A stretch of DNA of 64,000 bases from Faecousia sp. (GTDB lineage Bacteria > Bacillota > Clostridia > Oscillospirales > Oscillospiraceae), in assembly GCA_045637585.1 (NCBI GenBank), contig JAZTZS010000021.1, positions 20,759 through 84,758 of the forward strand, written 5' to 3'. The position numbers and the translations under genes were made by a program. The notes under the pieces are model-generated. The model was not told the DNA's origin. It did not search any database and saw nothing but the letters and a program-made list of their open reading frames with translations. Positions 29,372 through 37,968 of the stretch are shown in pieces; the stretch's first letter is position 1, and each line of letters starts with the position of its first letter.

Positions 29372-30505
29372 ATGGGATACCAGTATTGGAGCTATGAAAA
29401 GCTGGACGCACTGTGCAACGACGCATTTGTAAAGTTCGGCTTTACCGAGCAGGAAGCAAAAATCGTAACAGACGTACTGCTAATGTCCGACCGGATCGGC
29501 ATTGAGAGCCACGGTATGCAGAGAATGTACCGCTACTATAAGTCCATTCAAAAGGGCATGATCAAGGTAGAGTCCAAAGGCAAGGTGGTGTTCGAGACCC
29601 CCGTTTCTGCTGTTTTGGACGCAGAGGACGGCATGGGCCAGGTGGTAGGCCACAAGGCTATGGAAATGGCCATTGAAAAGGCTAAGAAAAACGGTATCGG
29701 CATGGTGACCGTCCGCAACTCCAACCACTATGGTATCGCCGGTTACTATGCAAAGCTGGCCTGCAATCAGGGCCTGATTGGCATGTCTTGCACCAATACC
29801 AACGCCATCATGGTTCCCACCTATGGCCGTACGGCTGTTTTGGGCACCAATCCCATCGCTGTGGCAGTTCCCGCTGAGCCTTACGACTTCTTCTTCGATG
29901 CCTCTACCACAGTGGTTACCCGTGGTAAGCTGGAGGTCTACAACAAGAAGGGCGAGCCTCTCCACGACGGCTGGGCGCTGAATAAGGACGGCAAGCCGTC
30001 CAACGACGCGGCAGACGTGCTGGACAATATCGCAGCCAAAAACGGCGGCGGCATTATGCCTCTGGGCGGCAGCACAGAGGACACCGGCAGCCATAAGGGC
30101 TATGGCTATGCGATGCTCTGCGAGATTTTCTCCTCTATCCTCTCTCTGGGCACTACCTCCGACAAGACCGGCGTGGGCGGTCACGGTGGTATTTGCCACG
30201 GCTTTGTAGCCATTGACCCGGCCATCTTCGGCGATGCCCAGGCGATTAAGGGGCACCTGTCTGCTTACCTGCAGACCCTGCGTGACGCGCCTAAGGCAGA
30301 GGGTCAGACCCGTATCTACACCCATGGCGAAAAGGAAGTGGAGGCTGAGCGGCAGCTGATGGCCAACGGCATCCCCGTTAACGATAACACCATGTGCGAG
30401 GTTTACGAGATGTGCCAGTATCTGAACATGGACTTCAGTAAGTATTTTGGTGACTACATTCCCGAAAAGTCCGAGGGCTTCAAGTCCCCTGAGACCTTTA
30501 AATAA
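29372..30505 (+). CDS. Ldh_2-family (malate/L-lactate/sulfolactate-type) NAD(P)-dependent oxidoreductase
   Basis: GIESHG, RNSNHYGIAG, GTNPIA and PLGG...HKGYG. Confidence 0.88.
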   Translation: MGYQYWSYEKLDALCNDAFVKFGFTEQEAKIVTDVLLMSDRIGIESHGMQRMYRYYKSIQKGMIKVESKGKVVFETPVSAVLDAEDGMGQVVGHKAMEMAIEKAKKNGIGMVTVRNSNHYGIAGYYAKLACNQGLIGMSCTNTNAIMVPTYGRTAVLGTNPIAVAVPAEPYDFFFDASTTVVTRGKLEVYNKKGEPLHDGWALNKDGKPSNDAADVLDNIAAKNGGGIMPLGGSTEDTGSHKGYGYAMLCEIFSSILSLGTTSDKTGVGGHGGICHGFVAIDPAIFGDAQAIKGHLSAYLQTLRDAPKAEGQTRIYTHGEKEVEAERQLMANGIPVNDNTMCEVYEMCQYLNMDFSKYFGDYIPEKSEGFKSPETFK

Positions 30506-30513
30506 GAGGTGCA

Positions 30514-30566
30514 AACTTGGCTCTCCCTCTGGGAGGGCTGCCACCGAAGGTGACTGAGAGGGCAAA
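30514..30566 (+). repeat. REP-like interspersed element, copy 1
   Basis: 53 bp, 42/53 identical to 32458-32510 by manual alignment; ends in GACTGAGAGGG. Confidence 0.8.
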
Positions 30567-30603
30567 TTGTTAAAATTGCTTAATAAAATTTTAAAACTTT
30601 TCA

Positions 30604-30642
30604 CCTGTAGGGCTTGACAACTACAGGGGCTGGTGGTAGAAT
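30604..30642 (+). promoter_or_regulatory. sigma-A promoter with an inverted repeat around the -35
   Basis: TTGACA(30614)-17-TAGAAT with an extended TG; CCTGTAG...CTACAGG flanks the -35. Confidence 0.7.
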
Positions 30643-30774
30643 GTTCCTGTGAATTACATAACCGCGAAAAACGGTGAAATAAGGGTGCTTACGCGTACCC
30701 AATAATCCTATCTTTGTATGTTATAGAAGCTTGCTTCTTTAACAAATAAAATTTTATTGAAAGGCGAGAAAAAA

Positions 30775-32391
30775 ATGAAGAAACTGTTAGCATTGCTTCT
30801 GGTTCTGGTTATGGCTCTGGGCTGCTTCGCAGCATGCGGCGAGCAGAATGCTCCTGAGACCACTGCTGCAAAAGATCCTGTAGTAGAAAATGATCAGACC
30901 GACCCCAAACCCGCTGAACCCCTGAAGGTTACCTTCACTCCTTACAACGGCCTGAACGGTCTGCTGATTAAGGAAGACTCCATGAACGAGAAGTACATCG
31001 AAGAGAAGTACAACGTTGATATCACCCTGCTGCACACCGACGTGCACGAGGCTGCTACCATGGGTCTGTTCTGGGCTGACGAGGCCGAGAACATGGACGT
31101 TATCGGCATGAGCTCCTCTGCAGCTGCCAAGGTTCCTGAGCTGATTGATCAGGGCCTGCTGCGTACCTTCCCCACTTCCTGGCTGAAGGAATACGCTCCC
31201 GACTACTGGGCAACTCTGATTGAGCAGTTCGGCGAAGAGAACGTTATGTTCCAGATCGACCATGACGGCGAGTGCTGGGGCGTTCCCGTATCTTATCAGG
31301 CTGTTCCTAACACCGCAGTTATCCGTCAGGACTGGCTGGACAATCTGGGCCTGGATATGCCCACCGACTACGAGTCCCTGGAAGTTGTTCTGAAGGCTTT
31401 CACCGAGGATGACCCCGATGGCAACGGTAAGGACGATACCTTCGGTATCCACACCTGCAAGAAGGGCCTGGGCTTCCCCTGGGTTTACGAGAACTACGCA
31501 CTGGCTAACAACAGCCACCGTGTGCTGGAAGACGGCACTGTTGTGAACACTTCCATGATGGACGGCATGAAGGACGCTGTTAAGCTGATTGGTAAGTGGT
31601 ATCAGGCTGGCTGGGTTGACCCCGAATCCATCACTGACTCCCGCGCCATCGAGCGTGACAAGTGGGCACAGAACAAGTTCGGTATTCTGGTGGACGACTC
31701 CTCCTGGCTGGATCCCGGCCGTGTTGATTCTCCCGAAGAGATCGCTACCGGCTCCGATCCTATGTCCATGCTGCTGAGAGCTAACCCCGATGCTAAGCTG
31801 TCCTACATGCCCTACTGGGCAGGTCCCGACGGTGTTACCCGTAACACCTTTAAGTTCCTGAACCTGGTCGGCGACGCATTCTTCGCATTCGGCGAGCACT
31901 GCTCCGACGAGATCATTCAGTGGTACCTGACCATGCGTAACGATTACCACACCGACGACGAGTTCTGGCTGTACTACTCCTACGGTATTGAAGGCGTTAC
32001 CTTCGACTATGATGAAAACGGCGCGCCCAAAATGAAGCAGGAGTATGCTACTGCTGAAATGAATGCACAGAGAGGCGCTGGCGCTGCTTTCCTGTACGAC
32101 CTGGACAACGAAGCTCGTCAGTTCCAGACCGAAGAGCAGAAGGAATTCTGGGCAATGATCCGTGGCGTTGACGAGATCAACTGGATGGATAACTTCCCCA
32201 AGACTGGCTCCAACCCCGCTGTCGGCGACTACAATGCTGACGTGAACACCGTTACCAACGAGTGGTGGTGGAAGTTCGTCACCGGCGAGAAGGATCCCGA
32301 TGCTGACTGGGCTGCTTACATCAAGGCTTGTGAGGATGCCGGTGCTCTGGAAATCAACAAGGGCTGGGAAGAGGCTCTTGCTGCTGGCTAA
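30775..32391 (+). CDS. Extracellular solute-binding lipoprotein (carbohydrate ABC type, LplA-like)
   Basis: MKKLLALLL...FAAC lipobox, IRQDWLDNLGL, FTEDDPDGNGKDDT and YGIEG. Confidence 0.88.
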   Translation: MKKLLALLLVLVMALGCFAACGEQNAPETTAAKDPVVENDQTDPKPAEPLKVTFTPYNGLNGLLIKEDSMNEKYIEEKYNVDITLLHTDVHEAATMGLFWADEAENMDVIGMSSSAAAKVPELIDQGLLRTFPTSWLKEYAPDYWATLIEQFGEENVMFQIDHDGECWGVPVSYQAVPNTAVIRQDWLDNLGLDMPTDYESLEVVLKAFTEDDPDGNGKDDTFGIHTCKKGLGFPWVYENYALANNSHRVLEDGTVVNTSMMDGMKDAVKLIGKWYQAGWVDPESITDSRAIERDKWAQNKFGILVDDSSWLDPGRVDSPEEIATGSDPMSMLLRANPDAKLSYMPYWAGPDGVTRNTFKFLNLVGDAFFAFGEHCSDEIIQWYLTMRNDYHTDDEFWLYYSYGIEGVTFDYDENGAPKMKQEYATAEMNAQRGAGAAFLYDLDNEARQFQTEEQKEFWAMIRGVDEINWMDNFPKTGSNPAVGDYNADVNTVTNEWWWKFVTGEKDPDADWAAYIKACEDAGALEINKGWEEALAAG

Positions 32392-32410
32392 TTGCCCCTA
32401 ATACTTAAAG

Positions 32411-32441
32411 AAACAAGCCCGGGTAACCGGGCTTGTTTTTT
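32411..32441 (+). terminator. Rho-independent terminator
   Basis: aaacaagcccgg-gtaa-ccgggcttgttt followed by a T-run. Confidence 0.9.
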
Positions 32442-32457
32442 GTCCTTTGAGAGCGAG

Positions 32458-32510
32458 AACTTGGCGCTCCAATTGAGAGAGCTGTCACCGTAGCCGACTG
32501 AGAGGGTAAA
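32458..32510 (+). repeat. REP-like interspersed element, copy 2
   Basis: Homologous to 30514-30566. Confidence 0.8.
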
Positions 32511-32517
32511 ACAAAAT

Positions 32518-32546
32518 AGTGGGGACGGATATTATCCGTCCCCACT
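32518..32546. repeat. Palindrome agtggggacggat-att-atccgtccccact (REP-like, or the lplA terminator)
   Basis: 13-bp perfect arms immediately 3' of lplA. Confidence 0.6.
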
Positions 32547-32555
32547 GCTTTACAT

Positions 32556-33542
32556 TTACAATTCCTGCCGGGCAAGCATTTCGCCCAGGTCCGCGGCAAC
32601 ATCCGACTGAGCAATGGTATTTTGCAGCGCATGCTGCATATCCGCCAATACAAACCGGCACCCAATGAGTGCTTGTTCAATCACAGAAGAAAGCTGCCAA
32701 TCCATGGAATCGGAATAGGCCTTAACTCCGGCGATCACGCCGTTTTTGTTTTCCAGCTGCAGGTGAATACTGCCCCAGTCAAACCGCTCCTCACAGGAGA
32801 ATGTGAAGGGCAGGGGAGTTCCGTAGAGAAAATTCCAGCTGGCGTTTTCTGCTGCTGTTTTGCGGATCTGGGAAAATTGGTTGTCAGTGAGCATTATGGT
32901 GTCGGCAGACAGGCCGTAAACTGCTTCAAAGCCTGCAACCATCAGCGCCCGCATCTTTTCACATGTTAGATTCGGTGCCAGTTCCTTCAGGTTGATAACC
33001 CGGGAACGAACAGAGCTGACACCTTTGGCTGCCAGCTTCGCCTTTGACGGGCTCAAATACCGGGACAGCTTTTCCATATTCACGTCAATGAGTAACGTGC
33101 CGTGGTGGTAGGCGGATGTCTTGCCCTTATAAAAGGCATTGCCGGAGAATTTGCAGCCATTTGCCAAAAGGTCGTTACGCCCCGATTTTTCCGCTGTAAT
33201 TCCTACCATACTGCAGGCTTTTTGAATTACGGAAAGCTGCCGGTCTACATTGTAGTTTTCGTTGCTCACCAGAAAAGTGAAGTTTAAATTTCCCAAATCG
33301 TGGAAAACAGCGCCGCCGCCGGAAAGCCGCCGTGCAAGCTTGCCACCCTCCTCTTCAAGTAACGTGGTACGGCACTCTACCCATGGGTTTTGATTCCGTC
33401 CGATGACCACTGTGTTCTGGTTCTGCCACAGATACAAAATGCACTGATTTGCTGCCACCGTATCCAGCAGATACTTTTCAATGGCTAGGTTCTCGTAGGG
33501 GTCGAGTCCTGTGCCAATATAAACAGATATTTTATCAATCAT
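32556..33542 (-). CDS. lplA: Lipoate--protein ligase
   Basis: VVIGRNQN, RRLSGGGAVFHDLGNLN, KFSGNA, HHGTLL and SVRSRV. Confidence 0.94.
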   Translation of the reverse strand: MIDKISVYIGTGLDPYENLAIEKYLLDTVAANQCILYLWQNQNTVVIGRNQNPWVECRTTLLEEEGGKLARRLSGGGAVFHDLGNLNFTFLVSNENYNVDRQLSVIQKACSMVGITAEKSGRNDLLANGCKFSGNAFYKGKTSAYHHGTLLIDVNMEKLSRYLSPSKAKLAAKGVSSVRSRVINLKELAPNLTCEKMRALMVAGFEAVYGLSADTIMLTDNQFSQIRKTAAENASWNFLYGTPLPFTFSCEERFDWGSIHLQLENKNGVIAGVKAYSDSMDWQLSSVIEQALIGCRFVLADMQHALQNTIAQSDVAADLGEMLARQEL

Positions 33543-33697
33543 GGTATCACCTTTATTGTAGATTCCCGGTCATTATATGAAAAATACAGATTTGTGTCAA
33601 GTGAATTCTGTTTCCTGCAAATTTCTATTGACAATCTTGGTGTGTTAGTGTTATAACTATGTTATGAATATATAGTTTTAACAAAACGGGGGCAGTT

Positions 33698-34447
33698 ATG
33701 AATCAAATTCGACAGGATCAGATAAAAGAGTTTATTGAAGCGAATAGCGTGGTCACCATTCGGCAGTTGCAGGATTTGCTGCCGCATGTGTCCCTCATGA
33801 CCATACACCGGGATTTGGATGCGCTGGTGGAACGGGGTGCGATCGTTAAATTCCGCGGCGGGGCCAAGTCTGTCCGTCACGACGGTGACCCGGAGTTCAA
33901 TGTGCGGATGCGGGAGAATAATGCAGGAAAACTGTCTATTGCCCAAAAGGCAATGGCGCTTATTCAGCCCCATAGTTCGGTGTTCCTGGATGCCAGCACC
34001 ACGAATCTGGCGTTGGCCAGAAGCCTGCCGGATATTAACTTGAACATTTTTACCACCGGACCCAGCATTGCGCTGGAGCTGTGCCGGCTGCACAATCCGG
34101 TGGTGACCCTGTGCTGCGGTACCATCAACCGGAAGAATCTGGCGCTTTCCGGGCAGAATACGCTGGAAATGCTGGACGGGATCAATATCGACCTGGCGCT
34201 GATTGGCGTTTCCGGCTGCTCTACGGAGGCGGGTTTCACCTGCGGCACCGAGGGAGATATGCTGGTGAAGCGGAAGGTTATCGGCAAAGCTCGCAGAAGT
34301 GTGGTTATGTGCACAAGGGATAAGCTGAATTGCCTCATGCCCTATACCTTCGCCAAGCTGCAGGATGTGGACTATTTGATTTCGGATGTTCCCATGCCGG
34401 AAAATTTTGTCCGGGCTGCGCAGGAGGCGGGCCTTAAATTGCTTTAA
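33698..34447 (+). CDS. DeoR/GlpR-family regulator
   Basis: VSLMTIHRDL, RGGA and FLDASTT. Confidence 0.92.
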   Translation: MNQIRQDQIKEFIEANSVVTIRQLQDLLPHVSLMTIHRDLDALVERGAIVKFRGGAKSVRHDGDPEFNVRMRENNAGKLSIAQKAMALIQPHSSVFLDASTTNLALARSLPDINLNIFTTGPSIALELCRLHNPVVTLCCGTINRKNLALSGQNTLEMLDGINIDLALIGVSGCSTEAGFTCGTEGDMLVKRKVIGKARRSVVMCTRDKLNCLMPYTFAKLQDVDYLISDVPMPENFVRAAQEAGLKLL

Positions 34448-34451
34448 AGGA

Positions 34452-34482
34452 AAAACCGCAGAGAATGCCTCTGCGGTTTTTT
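34452..34482 (+). terminator. Rho-independent terminator
   Basis: aaaaaccgcagag-aatgc-ctctgcggtttttt. Confidence 0.85.
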
Positions 34483-34557
34483 GCTTTGCGCAGAGGAGTA
34501 GTGGAAATCATCACAAATGATCCGGGAAACAATGTTCGCAATTGTGCGAAAAAGCTA

Positions 34558-34602
34558 TTGACTTGGATTATAACAGCGTGTTATAATTAACATGCTATAA
34601 CA
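34558..34602 (+). promoter_or_regulatory. Promoter with perfect inverted repeat ATTATAACA-gcg-TGTTATAAT (candidate DeoR operator)
   Basis: TTGACT-18-TATAAT with the repeat at 34567-34587. The half-site TGTTATAA also occurs at 33649 before deoR. Confidence 0.65.
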
Positions 34603-34678
34603 ATGGGTAACTTTGGGAAACTGCACATTCTATGCGGGATTCTGGGGGTAACCCTGAAATTAAAAGGAGGCTATACCT

Positions 34679-36574
34679 TTGGCAAATGCAGTTATCATGC
34701 CCAAGGCGGGCATCACCGTAGAAAGCTGTATCATCGGTCAGTGGCTGAAGCAGGTTGGCGACAGTGTCAATGTCGGCGACATCCTGTTCACTTACGAAAC
34801 CGATAAGGCAAGCTTTGAATGCGAATCTACCGCAGCAGGCACGCTGCTCGACATCTTCTTTGAAGAAGGTGACGAGGTTCCTTGCCTGCAGAATGTCTGT
34901 GCAATCGGCAATCCCGGCGAAGACACTTCCGCACTGAAGGGCGGCGCTGCTTCCACGGAAGCACCCGCAGAAGCTCCCGCTGCTGCTCCTGCAGCCGCAC
35001 CTGCCGCAGCTGCTCCCGCAGCCTGCGCAACCAAGGCCCGCGGCGTTCTCATGCCCAAGGCCGGTATTACTGTTGAGAGCTGTATCATCGGCGAGTGGTT
35101 GAAGAATGTTGGCGACCAGGTCAAGGTCGGCGATATCCTGTTTACCTATGAGACGGACAAGGCTTCCTTCGAGTGCGAGTCCACCGAGGAAGGCGAGCTG
35201 CTGGCTATCTTCTATGAGGCTGGTGACGAAGTTCCCTGTCTGGAGAATGTCTGTGCTGTCGGCCCCCACGGCGAGCCTACCGACTGCCTGAAGGGTATTG
35301 GCGGCACGCCTGTTGCTGCAGAAGCCGCTCCTGCTGAGGCAGCACCCGCTGCTGAGGCTGCACCTGCTGCCGCCGGCGCTCACACTGTGATCATGCCTAA
35401 GGCTGGTATCACCGTGGAGAGCTGTATCATCGGCGAGTGGCTGAAGAAGGTTGGCGATTCCGTCAAGGAAGGCGACATCCTGTTTACTTACGAGACCGAC
35501 AAGGCTTCCTTCGAGTGCGAGTCCACCGCTACTGGCACCATTCTGGAAATCCTCCACGAAGCCGGCGATGAGGTTCCCTGCCTGGATGCTGTGTGCACCA
35601 TCGGTGTTCCCGGCGGCGCAGCTGCTCCCGCTGCAAACAGCGGTGCTGCTGTATCTCCCAGAGCCAGAAAGCTGGCTGCTACTGCCGGTGTAGATGCAAC
35701 AATGGCTGCCGGCACCGGCCCCAACGGCCGCATTATTGAGCGCGATGTGCGTGAGCTGATGGCCCATCCCCCTGTGGCTGCACAGGCTGCTCCTGCAGCT
35801 GCTCCTGCACCCGCAGCGGCACCCGCACCTGCAGCAGCTGCTGCTCCTGCTCCCGCACCTGCTGCCGCAGCTGCCGAGGCAGAGTACAAGGACGTAAAGT
35901 TCAGCGGTATCCGCCGCGCAATCAGCAAGTCCATGACCACATCTCTGCACACCATGGCTCAGCTGACTCACAACACCTCCTTCGATGCTACTGCTATTTT
36001 GAACTACCGCAAGGCTCTGAAGGCTGCCGGCGGCGAGTACGCAGGCATCACCCTTGGCGACATCGTGCTGTATGCCGTCTCCCGTACCCTGCTGAACTAC
36101 CCGGATCTGAACGCCCATATGCTGGATGACAACAATATCCGTCTGTTCAACCATGTCAACCTGGGTGTTGCAGTGGATACTCCCCGCGGTCTGATGGTTC
36201 CCACCATTCGTCACGCTGACGAAATGAGCCTGCTGGAGATCTCCAAGGCTGTTAAGGAACTGGCTGCCGAGTGCCGTGACGGCGCAATCAGCCCCGACAA
36301 GCTGTCCGGTGGCTCCTTCACCGTCTCCAATCTGGGCAATATGGGTGTTGAGTCCTTCACGCCTGTTATCAATCCTCCTCAGACCGGAATCCTGGGTGTC
36401 TGCGGTACCATTGACCGTGTACGTAAGGGCAAGGACGGCGCGATTGAGCTGTATCCCGCTATGGGTCTGAGCCTGACCTATGACCACCGCGCTGTGGACG
36501 GTACGCCCGCTGCCAAGTTCCAGAAGGAACTGGGCTTCAACCTTGAGAACTTCACTGTTCTGCTGTCCAAGTAA
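34679..36574 (+). CDS. Dihydrolipoamide acyltransferase (E2) with three lipoyl domains
   Basis: TTG start after AGGAGG. Three YETDKA lipoyl motifs, Ala/Pro linkers, E3-binding SPRARKLA...GTGPNGRI, and catalytic DHRAVDG. Confidence 0.93.
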   Translation: MANAVIMPKAGITVESCIIGQWLKQVGDSVNVGDILFTYETDKASFECESTAAGTLLDIFFEEGDEVPCLQNVCAIGNPGEDTSALKGGAASTEAPAEAPAAAPAAAPAAAAPAACATKARGVLMPKAGITVESCIIGEWLKNVGDQVKVGDILFTYETDKASFECESTEEGELLAIFYEAGDEVPCLENVCAVGPHGEPTDCLKGIGGTPVAAEAAPAEAAPAAEAAPAAAGAHTVIMPKAGITVESCIIGEWLKKVGDSVKEGDILFTYETDKASFECESTATGTILEILHEAGDEVPCLDAVCTIGVPGGAAAPAANSGAAVSPRARKLAATAGVDATMAAGTGPNGRIIERDVRELMAHPPVAAQAAPAAAPAPAAAPAPAAAAAPAPAPAAAAAEAEYKDVKFSGIRRAISKSMTTSLHTMAQLTHNTSFDATAILNYRKALKAAGGEYAGITLGDIVLYAVSRTLLNYPDLNAHMLDDNNIRLFNHVNLGVAVDTPRGLMVPTIRHADEMSLLEISKAVKELAAECRDGAISPDKLSGGSFTVSNLGNMGVESFTPVINPPQTGILGVCGTIDRVRKGKDGAIELYPAMGLSLTYDHRAVDGTPAAKFQKELGFNLENFTVLLSK

Positions 36575-36585
36575 GGTGACCGCGT

Positions 36586-37953
36586 ATGGAACTGTTCGAT
36601 TTACTTGTGGTAGGCGGCGGTCCCGGTGGATATCTTTGCGCTGAGCGAGCTGCTCAGAATGGCATGAAAGTTGCCTTGTTTGAGAAGCGCGCGTTGGGCG
36701 GCACCTGTCTGAATGAGGGTTGTATCCCCACTAAGACACTGCTGAACTCTTCCAAGATGTACCGGCATGCTACCGAAAGTGCGGCCTTTGGCGTCACCGC
36801 TACCGGTGTTGCCTATGACCACGCCAAGGTGGTAGAGCGAAAGAATAAAGTCGTTGCGACGCTGGTCTCCGGTGTTGGCGCTACCATGAAAGCCAACAAG
36901 GTGACCGTGATTTCCGGCAACGCAGTTATCCAGGGCAGAACCGATGGCGGTTTCGCCGTGGAAGCAGACGGCCAGGTGTATACCGGTTCCCGTCTGGCAA
37001 TTGCCTCCGGCTCTGAGACCGTGGTACCTCCGGTACCCGGTCTGAAGGAGGGTCTGGCTTCCGGCTTTGTGCTGACAAACCGGGAGGTGCTGGACGAAAA
37101 AACCTTGCCTAAGAAGCTGGTGGCCATCGGTGGCGGTGTTATCGGTCTGGAAATGGCTTATTACTTCGCCAGCGTAGGTGTTGAAGTGACCGTTATTGAA
37201 ATGATGCCCAAGATTGCGGGCGCTACAGACCCGGAAATCTGCAAGGTGCTGACCGATGCTTTCTCCAAGCGGGGAATGCAGTTCAAACTCTCCTGCAAGG
37301 TGTTGGAGGTCAAGGCAAATTCCGTTGTCTACGAGGAAAACGGAGAGAAGAAGGAAATCGCTTGCGATAAGGTTCTTCTGGCTGCTGGCCGTAAACCTGC
37401 AACTGCCGGTATTGGCATTGAGAGCTTGGGTCTGCAAATGGACCGGGCGGCTATCGTTACTGACCGTCATATGTGCACTACTGTGCAGAATGTTTACGCG
37501 ATCGGCGACTGCAACGGCAAGGTGATGCTGGCACATACCGCTTACCGTGAAGCGGAAGTGGCTGTCAACCACATGCTGGGCAAGCCCGACGAGATGCGCT
37601 ATGACGTAATTCCTGCGGTTATCTACACAGATCCGGAAGTGGCCTCTGTGGGGCACAGCAAGGAAGGCGCGGAAAAGCTGGGCATGCATGTAAAAGAAGT
37701 GAAGCTTCCGATGTCTTACGCCGGAAGATATCTGGCGGAGAACGAAGGCGGCAAGGGCTTCATCAAATTGGTTGTCGACACCGACAAACAGCGTCTGGTA
37801 GGCTGCCATATGGTAGGTTCCTACGCATCGGAAATTATTATGACCGCAACTATGATGGTGGATACGGAAATGAACCCGGAAAGACTGAAAAAGCTGGTTT
37901 TCCCCCATCCCACGGTTGCAGAAATGATTCGAGAAGCAATTTTCCATATTTAA
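36586..37953 (+). CDS. lpdA: Dihydrolipoyl dehydrogenase (E3)
   Basis: GGGPGG, GGTCLNEGCIPTK, GGGVIGLE and HPTVAE. Confidence 0.95.
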   Translation: MELFDLLVVGGGPGGYLCAERAAQNGMKVALFEKRALGGTCLNEGCIPTKTLLNSSKMYRHATESAAFGVTATGVAYDHAKVVERKNKVVATLVSGVGATMKANKVTVISGNAVIQGRTDGGFAVEADGQVYTGSRLAIASGSETVVPPVPGLKEGLASGFVLTNREVLDEKTLPKKLVAIGGGVIGLEMAYYFASVGVEVTVIEMMPKIAGATDPEICKVLTDAFSKRGMQFKLSCKVLEVKANSVVYEENGEKKEIACDKVLLAAGRKPATAGIGIESLGLQMDRAAIVTDRHMCTTVQNVYAIGDCNGKVMLAHTAYREAEVAVNHMLGKPDEMRYDVIPAVIYTDPEVASVGHSKEGAEKLGMHVKEVKLPMSYAGRYLAENEGGKGFIKLVVDTDKQRLVGCHMVGSYASEIIMTATMMVDTEMNPERLKKLVFPHPTVAEMIREAIFHI

Positions 37954-37968
37954 GGAGGAAATAAGAAT

